From assembly GCA_964005815.1 (NCBI GenBank), contig CAXFSR010000063.1:1-64000 (forward strand): a stretch of DNA of 64,000 nucleotides. The letters are read 5' to 3'. The translations under genes and the position numbers were made by a program. Below the pieces are notes generated by a model, which saw only the letters and a program-made list of their open reading frames with translations, was not told the DNA's origin and did no database searches. Shown one piece after another: positions 1 through 10,270 of the stretch; position 1 is the stretch's first letter; each line of letters starts with the position of its first letter. Source of the DNA: an uncultured Nitrospinaceae bacterium. Lineage in GTDB: Bacteria > UBA8248.

Positions 1-1516
1 ATTTAGCTTTCATTAAGAATATTATCAAGAAATACAATACTGTTGATAAAACAATTTCAAAGAAAAGAAATAAAATTTTATTTAAATAAGTAGCCATTTT
101 TTCCCAAAAGAGAAGATTTACCGGGAAAAGAACTAAAGCCATCACAAAAGTAGCCAATAAGTATTTTTTTACTATCGAGAATAAATCTGGAATAAAAATT
201 TTTGCTTCCAACGAAGATTTTTTTCTTGTAAGCAGTAGAAAATTCACAAAACTAGAAATTGATGTTGCAAATGCTATACCAGTATAACCGAAAGGATATA
301 CTAACAAGAGACTAAAAACTACATTTGACAATAAAGTATAATATGCACATCTCATTGGGTATTTTGCTTCTAAAACAGCGTGATATGCGGATACAATCAA
401 CCTATTGATTCCAAAGAAAACTATTCCAAATGAATAAGCCTGTAATGTCTTTGCACTAGACAAAACATCGGCGTTGCTAAACTCACCTCTTTTAAAGAGC
501 AATTCTATAATAGGACACGCTAGTATTATCAAACCTACTGAAGCTGGGATTGCAACACTTAATAGAATTTCGCTAGATTCTCGTAAAGTGTCTTTTGATT
601 GAGTTCTTGAAACTTCATCTTTTTTTTCTGACATTACTGGAAATGCGACAGTCGTAACTGCAATCGATATGAGTGCATGTGGAAATTGAACCAATCTATT
701 TGCGTAGTACAAATATGAAATTGACCCTACAGACAAAAAAGAAGCCAAAATTCTATCTAATAAAACATTTATTTGGAGAACACCTATACTCAAAGCAGTA
801 GGTCCAACCATTAACATGAAGTTACGTAGTTCTGAAACCTTAAAAGGGTTTGTAAGTATTGGGAAAAAATTATTTTTAAACAGTAGTGGCAATTGTATTA
901 AAAATTGAAGCAAACCACCTATCAAGACAGCCCATGCTAATGAGAACAGAATTTTTTCATATGATGAGCCCAGAAAAATTATCAACGCAGTTATCATTGC
1001 CAGATTCTGCAACGCAGGCGCAATAGCAGGAAGAAAGAAAAAATTGTTAGCATTTAGGATAGAACTAGCAATTCCCCAAAGAGAAATAAAGAAAAGAAAC
1101 GGAAACATAATTTTCAATAGATTGCTAGTCAGGTGAAACTTCTTATTGAAATTTACAAACCCTGGGAAAAATATTTGAACAATAAAATCTGAGAAAAAAA
1201 TACCCAAAAAAGTTATTAACAGGAAACACAAAACAATGAGAATTGATGCTGCCCCACTAAATTTATTTCGTCTTGTTTCTGAATCTGTATTATCGATATC
1301 TTTATATATTGGGATAAAAGAAGAATTTAATGCTCCATCTGTAAAAATCCTTCTGAAAATACTTGGGACAGAAAAAGCAGCAAAAAAGATATCCGCAAAC
1401 AGACCCGCACCTAAAGATCTAGCGATAAAAACATCTCTACAAAAACCTAGAATTCTACTCAGTAAAGTCGCAAAGCTTACTTTTCCAGAAAACGATAGAA
1501 TTTGTTTGTAATTCAT
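1..1516 (-). CDS. murJ: Lipid II flippase MurJ (MviN), 3' end runs off the window
   Basis: Not in ORF track. Manual translation from ATG at 1516 gives MNYKQILSFSGKVSFATLLSRILGFCRDVFIARSLGAGLFADIFFAAFSVPSIFRRIFTDGALNSSFIP (MurJ N-terminal signature); later SISYLYYANRLVQFP; divergent from rpsT. Confidence 0.93.
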   Translation of the reverse strand, partial: MNYKQILSFSGKVSFATLLSRILGFCRDVFIARSLGAGLFADIFFAAFSVPSIFRRIFTDGALNSSFIPIYKDIDNTDSETRRNKFSGAASILIVLCFLLITFLGIFFSDFIVQIFFPGFVNFNKKFHLTSNLLKIMFPFLFFISLWGIASSILNANNFFFLPAIAPALQNLAMITALIIFLGSSYEKILFSLAWAVLIGGLLQFLIQLPLLFKNNFFPILTNPFKVSELRNFMLMVGPTALSIGVLQINVLLDRILASFLSVGSISYLYYANRLVQFPHALISIAVTTVAFPVMSEKKDEVSRTQSKDTLRESSEILLSVAIPASVGLIILACPIIELLFKRGEFSNADVLSSAKTLQAYSFGIVFFGINRLIVSAYHAVLEAKYPMRCAYYTLLSNVVFSLLLVYPFGYTGIAFATSISSFVNFLLLTRKKSSLEAKIFIPDLFSIVKKYLLATFVMALVLFPVNLLFWEKMATYLNKILFLFFEIVLSTVLYFLIIFLMKAK

Positions 1517-1586
1517 AAAATATACTTTTAATAATATTTATGTATCTTAAAAAAATGAAAAATATAAATATTTTATCGATCTAAAC

Positions 1587-1614
1587 TTGACAAGTCCTCG
1601 CATAATGTTATTTT
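1587..1614 (+). promoter_or_regulatory. Putative sigma70 promoter for rpsT
   Basis: TTGACA (1587-1592), 16 bp spacer, TGn-TATTTT extended -10 (1606-1614), ~40 nt upstream of rpsT. Confidence 0.55.
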
Positions 1615-1655
1615 TCTTGCTTTTACGATACTACTATTTCTATTAGGAATTAAAA

Positions 1656-1907
1656 TTGGAACACAGTCCATCTACAAAAAAAAGACATAGACAGAGTCTT
1701 GTTCGAAACTCACGCAACAAGGCATCTAAAACACAACTTAGGAACAAGATAAAAGCTGTAAGAGAGTTGATAGAGAAAAATGAAGACTCTGCAAGCTCAT
1801 TAATTGAAGCGCAACGTTCTTTAAATAAAGCTGCGACAAAGAATTTAATCCACAAAAAAACTGCCTCCAGGCTGATCTCAAGACTAAGCAAATCTGCACA
1901 AAAATGA
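1656..1907 (+). CDS. rpsT: 30S ribosomal protein S20
   Basis: Basic 83 aa, STKKRHRQSLVRNSRNK and LIHKKTASRLISRL motifs; TTG start after AGGA; murJ/holA context. Confidence 0.93.
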   Translation: MEHSPSTKKRHRQSLVRNSRNKASKTQLRNKIKAVRELIEKNEDSASSLIEAQRSLNKAATKNLIHKKTASRLISRLSKSAQK

Positions 1908-1914
1908 TCTGAAG

Positions 1915-2940
1915 TCAATTTCTATTCGTTCTTGCTATATAACTTTCCACAAAAAATAACTCGAAAAACCTACAAATGTTTGTTTTATCACCTTCTCGTT
2001 TAATCTTTCTGTCTAATTTCTCCAAACTTAAACATAAATATCTCAGATAAGATACAGAAAGTTTTCCACACTTTTTTTTCATGTTATTTAATAAGAATTT
2101 AGGAATATTTGTAGTTTTCACTATAGTGGAATCATCTAGTCCTTTAGCAACAGAAACTTTGCATGCTAACCATCTACTTACATTTGATCTTATAACACCT
2201 AAAAGTAATTCTGGTGGCTCATTCTCCAATAATCTTCGGACAACTATTAGTACCTCTTCTAAATTTCCTTCAAGAAAAAGATCTCCAATTTTGAAAATAG
2301 CATCTACTTTTGTTCTTCCCACTAAATTGGAAACATCATTAATAGAAACATTGCCACCGTCTCCGACAAAAGCTCTTAATTTTTTCAATTCAGAAAAAAT
2401 ATGTGCCATTGATGGTTCAACAATTTCAAGAATATATTCTGATACATCTTTTGTTATATTAATGTTTAACGTCTTTGCAGTAGATATTGTCCATTCTTTC
2501 AGCAGGTAGTTAGGAAAAGTATCAACATCAAGAATTTTTCCGTGCTTCTTCATAGTTTTATAAAAAATACTTCTTGCATCCACTTTATCTGACATAAAGA
2601 ATAAAATTACTGAATCTATTTTATCTATGAGCATGTTCTCTAATTGATCTTTATCATCAGCGGTAATTTTATCTGCATTTTTGATTTCTATTAAACGTTT
2701 ATCCGACATGAAAGGAAAAGTCTGCGAAGCTGTCTGGACATCGATTAGTTCTACTTCATTCAAATCAAAAAAATCATGATTAAAAGAACTTTGCTCTTTC
2801 GATAAAGTATGAGACCTAATTTTTTCTACAAATTGACCTTTAAGAAAAGAATTTTTGCCATAAAGCAATATTACAGGGGGTATTTCTTGCGAGTTTATAT
2901 TTTCTAATTCTAATAATATATTTGAACTATTTGTTCTCAT
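1915..2940 (-). CDS. holA: DNA polymerase III subunit delta
   Basis: 341 aa, PVILLYG, QTFPFMSDKRLI, ELKKL motifs; lptE-holA-rpsT synteny. Confidence 0.88.
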   Translation of the reverse strand: MRTNSSNILLELENINSQEIPPVILLYGKNSFLKGQFVEKIRSHTLSKEQSSFNHDFFDLNEVELIDVQTASQTFPFMSDKRLIEIKNADKITADDKDQLENMLIDKIDSVILFFMSDKVDARSIFYKTMKKHGKILDVDTFPNYLLKEWTISTAKTLNINITKDVSEYILEIVEPSMAHIFSELKKLRAFVGDGGNVSINDVSNLVGRTKVDAIFKIGDLFLEGNLEEVLIVVRRLLENEPPELLLGVIRSNVSRWLACKVSVAKGLDDSTIVKTTNIPKFLLNNMKKKCGKLSVSYLRYLCLSLEKLDRKIKREGDKTNICRFFELFFVESYIARTNRN

Positions 2941-2946
2941 TGATTT

Positions 2947-3474
2947 TTAAAATGTTTCAAAAATAGCATCTAGCAATTCTAAAGAAAAATTCTCGGCTCC
3001 CTTTTCAACAGCTTCATTTCTATTCTTGTCGCTCTCATCTACTTTTGAAGAAATTTCAAATTCTATTTCTGTTTCTAATTTTCTGAATTGTAGCCTATTC
3101 CCAGTACTAAGATCTGACAATTCATACTCTATCTTTAAGAAAACCCTATATCTTTGGACTTGGTCATCTTTGCTAAATCCTACAGGAATTAGCTTATACT
3201 CAATAATTTTTGCTTTTAGGGATACATCTGACTTACTTTTATCCGCCGGTTTGAGTCTACCATCCTTCAAAAAACTATTTCTAACATTTCGAGTAAAAAT
3301 CTGAGAAAGATTAGATTCTCCAGAAAGATTTTTGAATTGAGAAACAAAAATATAATTTTTACCTATCAAAAACTTTGGTATCTTAGTTCCTTCCAACCTG
3401 TAACCACATGAACTTAGAAAAAAAATAGCCAAAGGAAGTAAAAATGAAAGATATCTAAATTTATATTTTTTCAT
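2947..3474 (-). CDS. lptE: LPS assembly lipoprotein LptE family
   Basis: Lipoprotein signal ending LSSC-GY; position upstream of holA; start moved to ATG 3474 (track start 3507 overlaps nusB). Confidence 0.8.
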   Translation of the reverse strand: MKKYKFRYLSFLLPLAIFFLSSCGYRLEGTKIPKFLIGKNYIFVSQFKNLSGESNLSQIFTRNVRNSFLKDGRLKPADKSKSDVSLKAKIIEYKLIPVGFSKDDQVQRYRVFLKIEYELSDLSTGNRLQFRKLETEIEFEISSKVDESDKNRNEAVEKGAENFSLELLDAIFETF

Positions 3475-3487
3475 CACGGATTTAATT

Positions 3488-3946
3488 TTAACCTGTAATT
3501 TTTTCATGAAAAATACTATCTAATATACCATTAATAAACGATGGTGTTTTCTCGTCTTCTTCATACAACTTAGACAATGAAATGCATTCATTTATAACAA
3601 CCTTAGGGGGAATATCCTTGAAATAAACAAATTGACAAATTCCTAGACGTAAAATTGAAAGGGTAATCACATCTATTCTTTCAATACGTCTATTCTTACT
3701 ATACTTTTCAATATTTTTATCAATATACTCTTTATTATCATGTATTTCACGAACAAGACTTAAAGCAAATTCTCGTATTTGACTTGATCTGATATCCACT
3801 GTATCGCATGGATGAATTTTTTCGTAGTCGTTAACAATAGACTCAATTGTAACATTGCCAGAGTTTTGTTCGGCAAATGCTTTTTCTATAAAATACAATA
3901 TTTTCAAGGCTTCTTCTCTTCCGCTGGTTCTCTGGCCTTTAATCAT
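3488..3946 (-). CDS. nusB: Transcription antitermination factor NusB
   Basis: R..GRE.AL..LY N-terminus, DIPPKVVINECISLSKLY, FINGILD; follows ribH. Confidence 0.92.
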   Translation of the reverse strand: MIKGQRTSGREEALKILYFIEKAFAEQNSGNVTIESIVNDYEKIHPCDTVDIRSSQIREFALSLVREIHDNKEYIDKNIEKYSKNRRIERIDVITLSILRLGICQFVYFKDIPPKVVINECISLSKLYEEDEKTPSFINGILDSIFHEKITG

Positions 3947-3975
3947 TTTTCACCCAAGAAAACTTTAATTAACAT

Positions 3976-4500
3976 TTAAGAAGAAATAATTCCCATTTGG
4001 ACGGCAGATAAAGCACATTCATACCCTTTATTATTCATTCCATCACCAGAACGTTCTTTTGCCTGCTCTAAATTTTCTGTAGTTAAGATGCCATGAAGAA
4101 TTGGAATATCAAAATTCAATGAAATATCAAGAATCGCTCTCGTTACTTCATTGCAAATTAAATCATAATGTGAAGTTTCACCTCGTATAATACATCCTAA
4201 TGCAATAATCGCATCAATTTTATTAGGATTTGCACCTATTTTACCATCAAAATTGTCATCTAAAACATCAGGTTCTTGTACACTGACTGAATCCCTACAC
4301 AATCTTTTAATAATAAGAGGTATTTCAAACGCACCTGGAACAGAAGCACATAAAATATCTTTATCTAAAACATTACATTTCTCGAGTCCTTCTTTTGCAC
4401 CGGTTAGTAATTCACTAACAATAGAACCATTATATTCAGAATAGACTATAGCAATTCTCAGTCCATTCCCATCAACAATTCTTTCAGTACTTTCGCCCAT
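3976..4500 (-). CDS. ribH: 6,7-dimethyl-8-ribityllumazine synthase, with ~20 aa internal insertion
   Basis: VPGAFEIP, ALGCIIRGETSHYD, GILTTENLEQA.ER, NKG motifs; rib operon. Confidence 0.93.
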   Translation of the reverse strand: MGESTERIVDGNGLRIAIVYSEYNGSIVSELLTGAKEGLEKCNVLDKDILCASVPGAFEIPLIIKRLCRDSVSVQEPDVLDDNFDGKIGANPNKIDAIIALGCIIRGETSHYDLICNEVTRAILDISLNFDIPILHGILTTENLEQAKERSGDGMNNKGYECALSAVQMGIISS

Positions 4501-5760
4501 TTATTTCTCCACATTGAATTGTTGCCTATCGAGCAAAGAACTTTTCAATTCGACCCCATCTCTTTTAACTGGAACACCTGTCTCTGTATCTACAAACATT
4601 CGCCCAGTCAATTCTAATCCATAACCCTCAAGGGCAATAATCCTTCTTTCATCATTTGTTATTATTTTTATTTTATTAAGACCTAAATCCGCTAAGATTT
4701 GTGCGCCTATTCCATAATCTCTCAACCCTGGCTCATCAGCTGAAGACACAGCTTTTGTATCTTCGATTCTCTTTGGAAAGGAACTTACAAGATTTAATGG
4801 AGATTTGTTTATAGCCATATCTGGTTGCAAATAAACAAAAACTCCTTTCCCCTCACTCTCAATTAAAGAAAGGGCATTTCTCAATCTGTCAGTCATGTCT
4901 GACCTCAAAAGATGGAAAAAATCTTTGATATTTTCAGATGGATGTACACGAACAAGAGTCTCTTCTTCTGACAAAAGTTCACCTTTGACTAAAGCCATAT
5001 GCAATTGCAAGGTTGCTTTATTTCTATATAGCACTGTATCAAAATCTCCATAACTAGTCGTGATTTTGCCCTCTTCCACCCTTTCTATTAATCCCTCATG
5101 CACCATTCTATAAGCAATCAAATCCTTGATAGTAATTATCGACAAACCTTTCTTTTTCGACAATTCAATAAGATCCGGCAATCTCGCCATTGAACCATCG
5201 TCTTTCAAAACTTCACAAATAACTCCAGATGATTTAAGGCCAGCCAAACGAGCTAAATCAACTGCAGCTTCTGTATGCCCTGCTCTTCTCAACACACCGC
5301 CTGACATAGCCCTAAGAGGAAAAACATGACCTGGACTTACAAGATCTGAAGGAACTACACTTTCGTTAATAGCAGTCGCAATCGTATGTGATCTATCAAA
5401 AGCGCTAATTCCTGATGTGACACCATCTCTCGCCTCAATAGACACTGTAAAATTAGTGCCAAATTTAGAGTTGTTATGTCCCTCTTCGATCATCATCTTT
5501 AGTCCAAGATTATCGACTTGCTCTGGAGACAATGCTAAACATACCAACCCCCTAGCTTCTTTTGTCATTATATTAATTGATTCAGGCGTTACTTTACTGG
5601 CAGCTTGGACTAAGTCTCCTTCATTTTCTCTATCTTCATCATCTACGACTATTATCATCTTCCCACTTTTGATCTCAGAAATTGCTTTTTCAATTGATGA
5701 AAAAGGAGAATGGGAATCATTTGATTGTTCACCTGAATTGTTTTGATTTTCTGACACCAC
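4501..5760 (-). CDS. ribB: DHBP synthase fused to a degenerate GTP cyclohydrolase II domain (RibBX-type)
   Basis: DDEDRENEGD, PGHVFPL, GHTEAAVDL (RibB); C-domain keeps RVH, RDYGIGAQIL and ITN but lacks the Zn-binding cysteines; GTG start. Confidence 0.9.
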   Translation of the reverse strand: MVSENQNNSGEQSNDSHSPFSSIEKAISEIKSGKMIIVVDDEDRENEGDLVQAASKVTPESINIMTKEARGLVCLALSPEQVDNLGLKMMIEEGHNNSKFGTNFTVSIEARDGVTSGISAFDRSHTIATAINESVVPSDLVSPGHVFPLRAMSGGVLRRAGHTEAAVDLARLAGLKSSGVICEVLKDDGSMARLPDLIELSKKKGLSIITIKDLIAYRMVHEGLIERVEEGKITTSYGDFDTVLYRNKATLQLHMALVKGELLSEEETLVRVHPSENIKDFFHLLRSDMTDRLRNALSLIESEGKGVFVYLQPDMAINKSPLNLVSSFPKRIEDTKAVSSADEPGLRDYGIGAQILADLGLNKIKIITNDERRIIALEGYGLELTGRMFVDTETGVPVKRDGVELKSSLLDRQQFNVEK

Positions 5761-6366
5761 TTATTCCTTTAGATCTGTATAGGGAGAAACTAATTTTTCA
5801 ACATACTTTCCGATCATATCTACTTCAAGATTAACTTTTGAATCCACCTTCTTATTATTCAGAGTTGTACATTCTAATGTATGCGGAATAATAGCAACAG
5901 AAAAAGAAGAATTGTCACATTCTGCTACTGTAAGGCTTATTCCATCAACTGCAATTGAACCTTTATATACAACATATTTCATAATTTGTTTATCTGCATT
6001 TATTTTAAACCAAAAAGATTCCCCGTCTTTTTCAATTGACTCTACTTTCCCTAGACCATCAATATGACCACTTACAAGATGCCCTCCTATTCTTTCATTT
6101 AACAGCATCGCTTTTTCTAAGTTACAATCATCTCCAACTTCTAAATTTGCCAGAGTGGTCTTTTTTAAAGTTTCATTCGACAAATCTGATTCAAAGCTTG
6201 ATGAATCGAATGAAACAACAGTTATGCATGTTCCATTCAGGGCTATAGAATCTCCTAATTTCACGCCATCCATAAATGAATCCACTGACACGACTAGTCT
6301 TGCACCATCAGAATTTCTTTCAATCCTAGATATCTTCCCTGTTTTTTCTATTATTCCTGAGAACAT
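5761..6366 (-). CDS. ribE: Riboflavin synthase (alpha chain)
   Basis: N-terminal MFSGII (MFTG motif) fixes start at ATG 6366; GGHLVSGHIDG, KGSIAVDGISLTV, IIPHT. Confidence 0.94.
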   Translation of the reverse strand: MFSGIIEKTGKISRIERNSDGARLVVSVDSFMDGVKLGDSIALNGTCITVVSFDSSSFESDLSNETLKKTTLANLEVGDDCNLEKAMLLNERIGGHLVSGHIDGLGKVESIEKDGESFWFKINADKQIMKYVVYKGSIAVDGISLTVAECDNSSFSVAIIPHTLECTTLNNKKVDSKVNLEVDMIGKYVEKLVSPYTDLKE

Positions 6367-6374
6367 ACTGTTTA

Positions 6375-7505
6375 CTACTCCCAAAAAGGTTTTTTGAACC
6401 TACCTCTATACAAAATATCTTTCCCAACAAATTCATGTCTAAGATCAATCAATTCAGTTGAATCTGTCAAGCCTTCTGGATTGATTCCTCTAAATGAAGA
6501 GACTCCATTGTTTGAACCTATAATGATAGGTGCAACAAAACACATAAGGTGATCAGCTAGTTTTTCTCTGACAAAAGAACCATGCACAAGACCACCTCCT
6601 TCAACAAGCAGGTGAGTAACATCTAGTTTCGCAAGATAATCTAGAACTTTACTAATATCCAATAAACCTCGATTATTTTTTGGTATCCCAACAATTTTCA
6701 CACCCAAATCCTGAAATCTCTTTAAATCTTCAGATGAAATATCTTCACCAGTCATAATAATCGTAGAATTATTTTTTTCTGTGTTTAAAATCTTTGAATT
6801 TAAAGGGGTCCTTAAGTTTGTATCTAACACTACTCTTACTAAAGGATTCCCTTCTATCCCTTTTGGCCTTGCAGTTAATTGCGGGTCATCTTCTAAAATC
6901 GTCTGAACGCCCACTAGTATAGCATCAACCGAGTTTCTAAAATGATGAGACAAATCCCTAGATTTTTCTCCTGTTATCCATCTGTCCTTCGCATTTTCCC
7001 TAGAAATGAATCCGTCAAGACTCGACGCAACTTTAATGGTAACTAAAGGTCTTTGTAATACTGTATGGGTAAAGAATGGCTCATTTAATAAAATAGCTTC
7101 TTTTTCCATTATTCCATATTCAACTCTAATGCTATTGGATTCTAAAATTTCAAGTCCTTTGCCATTAACTAATGGGTTGGGATCTTTCACTGCAATCACA
7201 ACATTGTCAATACCAGACTCTACTATCAAAGGTGCACAAGGTGGTGTTTTTCCATGATGAGAACACGGCTCTAAATTTACATAAAGAGTTCCACCCTTGG
7301 CCTTAATGCCTGCCTCTTGAAGTGCAATCACTTCTGCATGGGGAGCACCAAATCTTTCATGCCATCCTCTTCCAACAATTACTCCTCTACTATCTGTAAC
7401 AATCGCTCCCACTAAAGGATTAGGACTGGTCAAACCTAACCCTTTTGCTGCCAAGTGCAACACTTCAGACATTAATGCAAATTTTTTGTTGTTTTTTTTA
7501 GACAA
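6375..7505 (-). CDS. ribD: Bifunctional diaminohydroxyphosphoribosylaminopyrimidine deaminase/reductase
   Basis: PNPLVGA, HAE, LEPCSHHGKTPPC, VEGG; TTG start. Confidence 0.95.
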   Translation of the reverse strand: MSKKNNKKFALMSEVLHLAAKGLGLTSPNPLVGAIVTDSRGVIVGRGWHERFGAPHAEVIALQEAGIKAKGGTLYVNLEPCSHHGKTPPCAPLIVESGIDNVVIAVKDPNPLVNGKGLEILESNSIRVEYGIMEKEAILLNEPFFTHTVLQRPLVTIKVASSLDGFISRENAKDRWITGEKSRDLSHHFRNSVDAILVGVQTILEDDPQLTARPKGIEGNPLVRVVLDTNLRTPLNSKILNTEKNNSTIIMTGEDISSEDLKRFQDLGVKIVGIPKNNRGLLDISKVLDYLAKLDVTHLLVEGGGLVHGSFVREKLADHLMCFVAPIIIGSNNGVSSFRGINPEGLTDSTELIDLRHEFVGKDILYRGRFKKPFWE

Positions 7506-7520
7506 GTTTTCCAGAAAGAA

Positions 7521-10214
7521 TTAGAGAGTTAAATTAGTTTGTTTACCAACTATATGATGATCTCCGAGCTTTTCATATTCACCATGCGTTAACGTAGCCT
7601 GTGCAGCAGCCAACCTTGCAATTGGAGCTCTATAAGGAGCACATGACACATAATCCATTTTTATAGTATGACAAAATTCAACAGAACTTGGCTCCCCTCC
7701 ATGTTCCCCGCAGATTCCAACTTCTAGATTTTTTCTACTTTTTCTACCGCGTTCTACTCCAATTTTCACCATCTCACCAACTCCATCTCGATCTATAGCA
7801 ACAAAAGGATCGTGCGCAATAAGACCTTTTTCTAAATATTCTGGCAAAAATTTACCTGCATCGTCTCTACTTAAACCATAAGTTAATTGAGTGAGATCAT
7901 TTGTTCCAAAACTAAAAAATTCAGCCTCTTTTGAAATTTCTTCAGCCAACAAACAAGTTCTTGGTATTTCAACCATCGTGCCCACAAGATAATGAACTTG
8001 AATTTTTTGTTCTTCCATAACTTCTTTGGCAACCTCATGAGCTATATCATGGTTAAATTCCCATTCTTTCACACCAGAAGTTAAAGGAATCATAATTTCA
8101 GGTAAGACATCTACGCCTTGTTTTTTCATATGACAGGCCGCTTCTATTATTGCCCTTACTTGCATTCTTGAGATTTCCGGAAATGTTATCGCTAATCTAC
8201 AACCTCTATGTCCCAGCATAGGATTTTGTTCTTTATGGTCTTCCGTAGATTTAGCAACCATAGAAACATCTTTAACTAAAACTTGTGCAGTTTCTGCTAT
8301 ATCTTTCTCGGTTTTAGGCAGGAATTCGTGCAAAGGAGGATCTAACAACCTTATAGTAACAGGCCTATCCTTCATGATTTCAAAAATCTCAATAAAATCA
8401 CCTTTTTGTATCGGTAGAAGATAATCTAGCGCTTTCTTTCTTTCTTCTTCCCCATTGGCTAGTATCATTGCTCTAATATAATTAATACGATCTCCTTCAA
8501 AAAACATATGTTCTGTTCTACATAAACCGATTCCTTCACAACCAAATTTCAAAGCGGCAAGACTGTCTTCTTTAGTATCTGCATTAGCTCTGACACCTAG
8601 GGTCCTAACCTCATCTGCCCAATTCATGAACTGAATATAATCTTGATTATTCTCCAAATCTGGCATCTTCAATTTCTTTTCTCCAGAAATAACAAGACCG
8701 TTATTGCCATCTAAAGAAATCCATTCCCCAGCAGAAAATATAGTCCCATCAATCTCAATCACTTGTTCATCTTCTTTTACATCTAACGAAGAACAACCAG
8801 CCACACAACATTTCCCCATTTGTCTAGCAACAACCGCAGCATGTGACGTTAAACCCCCTCTAGCAGTAAGTATGCCTTCTGATACTTTCATACCTCCAAT
8901 ATCTTCAGGACTTGTTTCTTGTCTAACAAGAATAACTTTTTCCCCAAGAGCTGCCTGAGCTTCAGCTGCTGCTGCAGTAAAAACTATTTTCCCTACAGCA
9001 CCACCAGGAGAAGCTGCCAATCCTTCAGCAATAATATCAAGCTTTTGATCTGGATCTATCATTGGAAAAAGTAATTGATCTAACAAATCAGCATCAACTT
9101 TCATTAATGCAGTTTCTTTGTCAATTAGTCCTTCTCTAACCATTTCTACTGCAACCCTGATCGCTGAAACACCAGTTCTTTTTGCATTTCTAGTTTGCAA
9201 CATGAAAAGCATACCGTTTTGTATAGTAAACTCCATGTCTTGCATATCTTGATAATGCTTCTCAAGTTTTTCTGAAATTTCAACAAAATTTGCATAACAA
9301 TCAGGCATTTTATCATTCAAAGCTGTAATCTTCTCCGGTGTTCTCACACCAGCAACCACATCTTCCCCTTGAGCATTAAATAGAACTTCTCCGTATAATT
9401 CCTTTTCACCAGTAGACGGATTCCTAGAGAATGCGACACCTGTACCACAATCATCGCCCATGTTTCCAAAAACCATGCATTGAACGTTTACAGCAGTACC
9501 CCATTCATCAGGAATGTTATAAATGCGCCTATACGCAAACGCTCTTTCGTTATTCCAAGATTTAAAAACAGCCTCTATAGCAAGCTTAAGTTGTTGTTCT
9601 GGATCATCAGGGAAAGATTTTCCAAAATTCTCAGTAACTATATTTTTGTACTGAGCAATCAGTTCAAAGAGATCATCATCTTTTAGATCAACATCTTCAC
9701 TAACCCCTTTGCTTGCTTTCATTTCTTCAAGTTTTCTTTCAAAATGAAAAGATTGTATTCCAAGAACCACATTTCCAAACATTTGGATAAATCTTCTATA
9801 ACTATCATATGCAAATCGGGCATTCTTTGTTTGTTTTGCGACAGCCTGCACAGTTTGATCATTCATGCCTAAATTTAGAACTGTATCCATCATTCCTGGC
9901 ATTGAAGTTCGTGCACCAGAACGGACACTCAATAATAATGGTTTTTCACCACCACCAAACTTCATATCCATTAAAGTTTCTAAACGTCGTATGCCAGTAA
10001 GTATTTTTTCCCATAGAGGTTCTGAAATCTCTTCAGTCTGTAGATATTCTATACAAACCTCGGTACTAATCGTAAAGCCAGGAGGAACAGGTATTCCTAA
10101 ATTTGACATCTCTGCTAAGTTAGCACCTTTTCCGCCCAACAAATGAGTAAGAGAAGAATTCCCATCTGTTTGATCAGAACCAAATGCGTAAAGCAATTTT
10201 TCTGTTCCCGACAT
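7521..10214 (-). CDS. ppdK: Pyruvate, phosphate dikinase
   Basis: GGKGANLAEM, GGLTSHAAVVAR (phospho-His), FSFGTNDLTQ, GICGEHGG. Confidence 0.97.
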   Translation of the reverse strand: MSGTEKLLYAFGSDQTDGNSSLTHLLGGKGANLAEMSNLGIPVPPGFTISTEVCIEYLQTEEISEPLWEKILTGIRRLETLMDMKFGGGEKPLLLSVRSGARTSMPGMMDTVLNLGMNDQTVQAVAKQTKNARFAYDSYRRFIQMFGNVVLGIQSFHFERKLEEMKASKGVSEDVDLKDDDLFELIAQYKNIVTENFGKSFPDDPEQQLKLAIEAVFKSWNNERAFAYRRIYNIPDEWGTAVNVQCMVFGNMGDDCGTGVAFSRNPSTGEKELYGEVLFNAQGEDVVAGVRTPEKITALNDKMPDCYANFVEISEKLEKHYQDMQDMEFTIQNGMLFMLQTRNAKRTGVSAIRVAVEMVREGLIDKETALMKVDADLLDQLLFPMIDPDQKLDIIAEGLAASPGGAVGKIVFTAAAAEAQAALGEKVILVRQETSPEDIGGMKVSEGILTARGGLTSHAAVVARQMGKCCVAGCSSLDVKEDEQVIEIDGTIFSAGEWISLDGNNGLVISGEKKLKMPDLENNQDYIQFMNWADEVRTLGVRANADTKEDSLAALKFGCEGIGLCRTEHMFFEGDRINYIRAMILANGEEERKKALDYLLPIQKGDFIEIFEIMKDRPVTIRLLDPPLHEFLPKTEKDIAETAQVLVKDVSMVAKSTEDHKEQNPMLGHRGCRLAITFPEISRMQVRAIIEAACHMKKQGVDVLPEIMIPLTSGVKEWEFNHDIAHEVAKEVMEEQKIQVHYLVGTMVEIPRTCLLAEEISKEAEFFSFGTNDLTQLTYGLSRDDAGKFLPEYLEKGLIAHDPFVAIDRDGVGEMVKIGVERGRKSRKNLEVGICGEHGGEPSSVEFCHTIKMDYVSCAPYRAPIARLAAAQATLTHGEYEKLGDHHIVGKQTNLTL

Positions 10215-10270
10215 AACGACTTCCTCTTTAAGTGGGCTGTTTTAAACAAAATAGGTATCGATAATATTAC

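Noticed and set aside
7506..7520. FMN riboswitch upstream of rib genes
   Set aside because: Only 15 bp separate ppdK and ribD, so there is no room
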